Below, in pieces: positions 59,025 through 64,000 of a stretch of 64,000 bases of DNA. The position numbers were made by a program, and so were the translations under genes. The stretch spans positions 44,144,001 through 44,208,000 of the forward strand of contig CM060733.1 in the NCBI GenBank assembly GCA_030704615.1, in the 5' to 3' direction. How positions within the stretch are numbered: the stretch's first letter is position 1; each line of letters begins with the position of its first letter. This stretch comes from Takakia lepidozioides (Eukaryota; Plantae; Bryophyta). The notes beneath the pieces are model-generated. The model was not told the DNA's origin, searched no databases, and saw only the letters and a program-made list of their open reading frames with translations.

Positions 59025-59586
59025 TGGTGCTTTATAACGTCCGCAGAAAGCTCATAGAGTGTATGGGACAAAATGGACGAAAACATGAGAGAGGAAACAA
59101 AAAACCCAAAGATAAAACTATTGTTTGAGTGATTGTCTAAGGGTGAGTGCCCGTGCAGGTAAGCTGCCAAGCATTTCTGATCTTCATAGAAAGAAGGCAT
59201 TTGGTTTTGCCCACACACAGCTCATAGGGCATACACACACACACACACACAAAGAAAGAAGAGAACGAAAGTTTATAACCAAAGGGGTCGGAGGGCTGAC
59301 TCCAATTCCTCAGCAAGCACTTCTGGTCCAAGGCCTGAGCAGAAGAGAGCTAAATGCCAACTTCTTCCATGTGTTTAATGTCATTTATTTTATAGTTGTC
59401 TGTATGATGGACAGTGGCCATTGAAAACAATTGCCATTAGATCTAGGGATGTGTACATCCCCTGTGGAGTTGCAGTGCCTGCCTTAGACAGGGATCATTT
59501 ATGGGAGTTTTCACCCAAAATTTTCTGGTCACCTCATGCTAAAACTATGTTGGAAGACCAATCCTTCAGGTCAGGACCCCACTTTC

Positions 59587-61519
59587 TCATGCACCATCAC
59601 CATTACTAGATTGGTGGATAGCCTTGGTGGCCATCTCTAAGGTGCGATGAGGAGATGCATAATAATGAGATTCCAGATCCCTGAGAGAATCCGCAACCTG
59701 TTCTCCCACACAGACCAGCAGTCTTTCACTTTCCTCACTCTTCTCCTCAAACTTGACAATGCGCTGGTTGATATGACGGTTCAGTGACAAGAAATCGGAA
59801 AACACTGCTGACTGCTTCAACTCCGACACCAACTTCAGCAAAGAGTCTGCTGCCTGCACCTGTGAACATCAGCACTTTACCAATTGTTACACAGGATCTG
59901 TGAGTATGGTTTGCGTCAGTAGTAGATGTGGTTAACAAGTACCCCGCGTGCCCCCATGGCAACTGCTGAGGGAGTTACACTGCCAATCTATCAGTGGCAT
60001 CCACTTTATTCCACATCCCACTCAGATTGTGTTTTCCCTTGATACCAACCAGGGACTGCCACCCAGAGAATGTTAGATGAAGTTGTGCTTGAATCGCCCC
60101 TGAACCTCTTAAATGAGGGAGAACTGGGCAAACAGACAGAGGTAAGAAACCTACAATCCATTTACAATGACATGGCAGGGTACTTGGAGCAGGTTGGTTG
60201 CACTAGTCTGGGGTTTCAGGACTGAGCGAAGACCAGACCTCCAGGTCTTCTCTTAGTCAGCATGCATAACACCAGGCTTACTTCTCAGCTAAGCTTTAGA
60301 AAGCAAAAGCACACTCCTCATGCTTTTGAAATGGGCTTTATTTTCTCACATCTGGTACTCACTTTTGAAGGATCTCGATGAACAGGTGCAGCTTAGCAGG
60401 TAGAAGTTCAGGATGGCCCCAAAAATTCTCAAAGCAAGCTTTCTGGATGAGGGCTTGAAACGAAGATCCTCCCATTCCCACTTCTTGTAAAAGCTCAAAC
60501 TCCCATACTAGGAGCAGACATCTATGATCCTCTAATTCTGTCTAGAAGCTACATGTGTGATTCTACCATCGGATGGGACTAAAGAAGAGGGCAACTGAGA
60601 GCACTTGTAGCCAAGCGCAGCAAGGAATAAGGCCTGCCTACCACACGGGCGGCGTGCACCTCCATCTGAAAAGCCTCTTGTGCATTTCTCACTGGATCAT
60701 TGATCTGCACACCCACCCCAAAATCCCACAATCTCAGTCATGCAAATCCTTAACAAGAAGTCCAGTTTCAACTGCATCAAGCCAACCCAGTCCCCAATGT
60801 AGTTGCCCTTGGGATGATTGTGGCTTTGATATTCTGTGGATTTCATCATTCACATTTCAGATGAAATAGGGGTGTTGGATCTGAAGAGGTGTGGATGCTT
60901 CTGGTTATATGTTGTACAGCCATGATTTGACATGTGAAGTGTGCTGAAAGAATTCTCAGGATCAAATGCCTTACCATTGTCTCTAAGTGTCCCTCTGCAC
61001 AGCCCTCATGTTTTCCAGCACAAAAGACGAGTCTCCGGTCAATGCACAAAACATTCCATAAACATTACCACTGTGCCCCGCCGTCCCCAATGGTTCTAGA
61101 ATAACAAGAATTAGGGCGAGTTTGTTCATGGAGCAAGAGACAGCTGAGCATCTTTATCCGATTGAGTAACACATTTGAAGTTGGCGGAAGAAGCACAGAA
61201 AAAATTGCTCCCGAGACCTGAATTTCATACACTGAGGTATGTCGATAGATTCTACATAACTTGCTAAGTGCACTATTCCCTGAAAACTGCAGAGAGAGCG
61301 GGTGAAGCCATTTACGCGCGCAGCCTTAAGGAGGTGGGAGAAATTGTCGAGAAGACTTCCTATATCTGCATCAGCACGCTGCAGCAGCGAACGCTGCCGC
61401 TGGGCAGCCTGGGCCGCTGCAGAAGCTGTGGGCCCTGCCACCGCTCCAGTCCCTGCAAAGGTACTATTGCCCCCAACGCCCGCTGAGCCCGCTGACGCCC
61501 CACTCCCCTGTTTGTTCAT
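59587..61519 (-). CDS. MED22: Mediator of RNA polymerase II transcription subunit 22, 3 exons
   Basis: Exons 61519-61316, 60704-60642 and 59859-59587 give MNKQG...GPTASAAAQAAQRQRSLLQRADADIGSLLDNFSHLLKAAR/INDPVRNAQEAFQMEVHAARV/VQAADSLLKLVSELKQSAVFSDF...LRDLESHYYAS, matching plant MED22. Confidence 0.92.
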
Positions 61520-61818
61520 AGCGACGCTAAAGCAGCGCCGGCTATTCTCACCCAAAGTAGAGAAGGCCAATGGCGAGGGAAACGTTGTCGAATCCAGTAA
61601 ATGTAGCTCATGACGAAGAGGAGAGAGAGAGGAGAGAGACGCTGCACACCATTGCTGTACTAGATCACACACTGATCCACCCAGTTTTAGGACCTGGGTT
61701 TAAACATTTAAGCCCTAAACCCGGGTTCTTACAGCAATATTTCTCTCCAGGTTCTCTTCCATTTGTCACTGAGCGTGTCTTGTGCCTGAGAGGATTTCTG
61801 GGTTGAGTTGAGGAATCG
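61520..61818. promoter_or_regulatory. Probable bidirectional promoter between MED22 and the NFD6-like gene
   Basis: ATGs ~300 bp apart, head to head; GA-rich tract and telo-box-like CCCTAAACCC. Confidence 0.55.
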
Positions 61819-63510
61819 ATGGCAGGGGTAAGCAGAGGCGTGGCCAAGTCCCTCGTCTCTAATACAAGGTCTGCGTTTCGCTTTTGTAGGAGCGGCGGAG
61901 AGGCCGCAGCAGGGTCGAGGCGGGGAAGTACGTCACCATCGACGCCAACTGTTAGACCTGGCCCCTCTTCCCATTCTTGTTCTGCCAAGTCGTTTCTTGA
62001 GACCCGACGCCCAGCTTCCTTCTTCTTCAGGTGAATGGATTTTTCTTATGTGTTTTTGTGAGAACTAGATAGTGGCTTTTATGCGAAAGAAAGGTAGTAC
62101 GTGCGCTGGAAGTCCAGGGGGACACATAGACCAACTGAGAACGAAAACAGCAGAACCACAGCTCGCCGCTCAATCGCTGCATGAAGGTGGAGTGCCTCAT
62201 GCAGGCAAGCCGCTAAGCAGTGCGGTTCCGCATAGCTAAAGGCCTCTGCTAGGAGCGGAGAAATATAAAAGGATGCCGTAATTGTCGCTGGATCTCATAG
62301 GCATGGGACGAGAACTCCACTTCGAGCTGTGGTGAAAATCTGGCAGATCCTCAGGAGGTCCTTTATCCCATCGTCATCTCCCTATCCGGAGAGTATTGTA
62401 ACCGACTAAAAGCGCTCAAAGCTGGTGAAGGAACTCTCTCTAAGGACAAGGATGGTGTCTCTGTAAAAGTGGTTCTTTGATGTGAGCTTGGTCTGTTGCA
62501 GATACCTGTTGAGATCTTCCCTAATCAGCCCGTTCCTTTCTTTTTGGTGATGACCTTAGTGGTGGATGAAAGGGGGTAGAGCCTCCACATTTAACCCTAG
62601 ACTCCAGAGGAGTGTTTGCACTTAGAGAAACCTACAGATCTCTCCTTCTCCCAGGATAATCAAGACAGCCATTGGTTGGCAACCATTATGAGGATAACAT
62701 GCAAGGATGATGTATAGGCCTGAAGATTGAGTCATGTTGAAGAGGAAAAGTATCTGTATTCCTCGTTTGAGGACACCTGTAGTGGTTTTCCGCCACCGAT
62801 TGGCTGTAATCGTAAGTCGCCTAATGCTGCAATGGCTCAGTAGTCAGAGAAATGCTGCTGCGGCATGTCCAAACTATCTTGTGCTGTCTGGGAGAAGAAA
62901 CAGATAGGAGGGGAATGAATCACTATTCTAAGATTGTTGGAAGAGTTGATGTTTTCAATACCTCGACCTGTATAGAAGAATCTGCAGTATGGATACTGTT
63001 GGGTGTTTGAGATTGGCTGGTTCACCTACTGGCCAGTGTGATGAGATAGATAGGAGAGGTGAAAGTGTGGCTGTCTTGTAATGCAATTATTATCCAAAAC
63101 ACTCTTTCGTCTATGGGTCAGCTCTAAATTTAGGAGAAATATTTGTTAGGGCTTGTGGTTGTGTGTGGAAAGGAGTTCATAGCACCTGATGGGGATAGTT
63201 AAAAGTTACTATATGCATGTATTAAACTATCGTTTGCAGGCACAGAAGTTACAGAAAATGTACCCAGACTGTTTCATCTTTTGGCCTTTTGGTTGGGGGG
63301 GGGCATGGTGCACTGACAGATTACCAAGTGAGATGGCATGTCAATTGTCCTTGATGCCATTGCACAGTGCGACGGCTGCAAGTTGCATGGTGGCTCAGCT
63401 GAACACGACAGCAGACACTCTGCTCCAGGGTATGACTTCTGACTGGTCTCATGTTAGATTGCATCTCCAATGTCGGTATTATTACAGGCTCCCTAAACCC
63501 TAAACCCTAA
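61819..63510 (+). CDS. NFD6: NUCLEAR FUSION DEFECTIVE 6-like organellar protein (3' end uncertain)
   Basis: Exon 61819-62030 is S/R-rich and transit-peptide-like. Exon 63320-63429 gives RLPSEMACQLSLMPLHSATAASCMVAQL (family motif RLP.E....SL.PLHSATA). Possible last exon 63488-63510 after a 58-nt intron. Confidence 0.7.
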
Positions 63511-64000
63511 ACTCGAAACAACACCATCAGCGCATTGATGATGCCTTGTTAGGTTAAGCGGACCTCGATGGCAGAGGGCATCCTTACGTCCGCTTTCGTG
63601 AAGAAACTTGTATTCGTGGTCAGATGCTGAAGTGGGGTTGCATGAACCCATACATTCAAGTCGTGCATTCTCAGCATGAGATGTCGAGAAGTTTCAAACA
63701 CTTGTTGACATGTATGCTGAAATGTGCTGTGACCCATGCATAAGGCAGTTATTTGCTATTCATCACTTGGGATTTGGTGGCACTTTCACTCAAAATTGAG
63801 TCTCCCAGGAGTCTCCAAACTAGAATATGGACTGCCCACTCTAGAGGCGCAGCACCACGAAGTACAGAGAAATGTGTTTTGTCTCTTCTTCTGTGTGTAT
63901 CATGGACTAGATCCTTCCATCTTCATCTTCTCTCTTTCTTTCTCATGTGTGAAATGATTATAGTTTTGCACCGTACATGTAGTAATTCTGGAATGAACTT

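Noticed and set aside
63491-63511. Telomere or interstitial telomeric array
   Set aside because: Only three CCCTAAA units; telo-box scale and possibly part of the last NFD6-like exon.
63530-63635. C/D-box snoRNA (TGATGA...CTGA with a GCGGAC/GTCCGC stem)
   Set aside because: No rRNA or snRNA antisense element recognised; an Infernal/snoscan search is needed, and such boxes occur by chance.

Overview
Eukaryotic, non-seed land-plant-like DNA (spliceosomal introns, PLS-class PPR fragments, plant fumarase/MED22/NFD6; bryophyte origin is my inference). Host genes sit at the edges: a 17-exon fumarase (262-7135, +), MED22 (61519-59587, -) and an NFD6-like gene (61819-~63510, +). Between them lies a ~45 kb nested transposon island whose layers can be resolved by target-site duplications (TSDs). 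A plastid-type TPI fragment is split by a hAT MITE (7874-29239). The MITE carries a tRNA-derived SINE-like sequence that is split by a Pack-hAT element (8317-28589). An inverted twin of that hAT lies at 29777-52499. Twin 1 contains a decayed Ty3/Gypsy element with a DNMT3-like C5-methyltransferase between protease and RT and a C-terminal PHD finger. Twin 2 contains (i) a 10.2 kb Mutator-like element with a GCM-like/DDE/SWIM transposase and a divergent, intron-containing ParB-fold + beta-class amino-(N4C/N6A)-methyltransferase gene whose intron holds six conserved palindromes, and (ii) a non-autonomous CACTA carrying a PLS-PPR array. Downstream are a decayed REase+kinase (Crinkler-like) gene and a head-to-tail Helitron array. 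The best candidate for a new system is the MULE-borne ParB-methyltransferase with its palindromic site array. All domain calls are motif recognition by eye; no searches were run.
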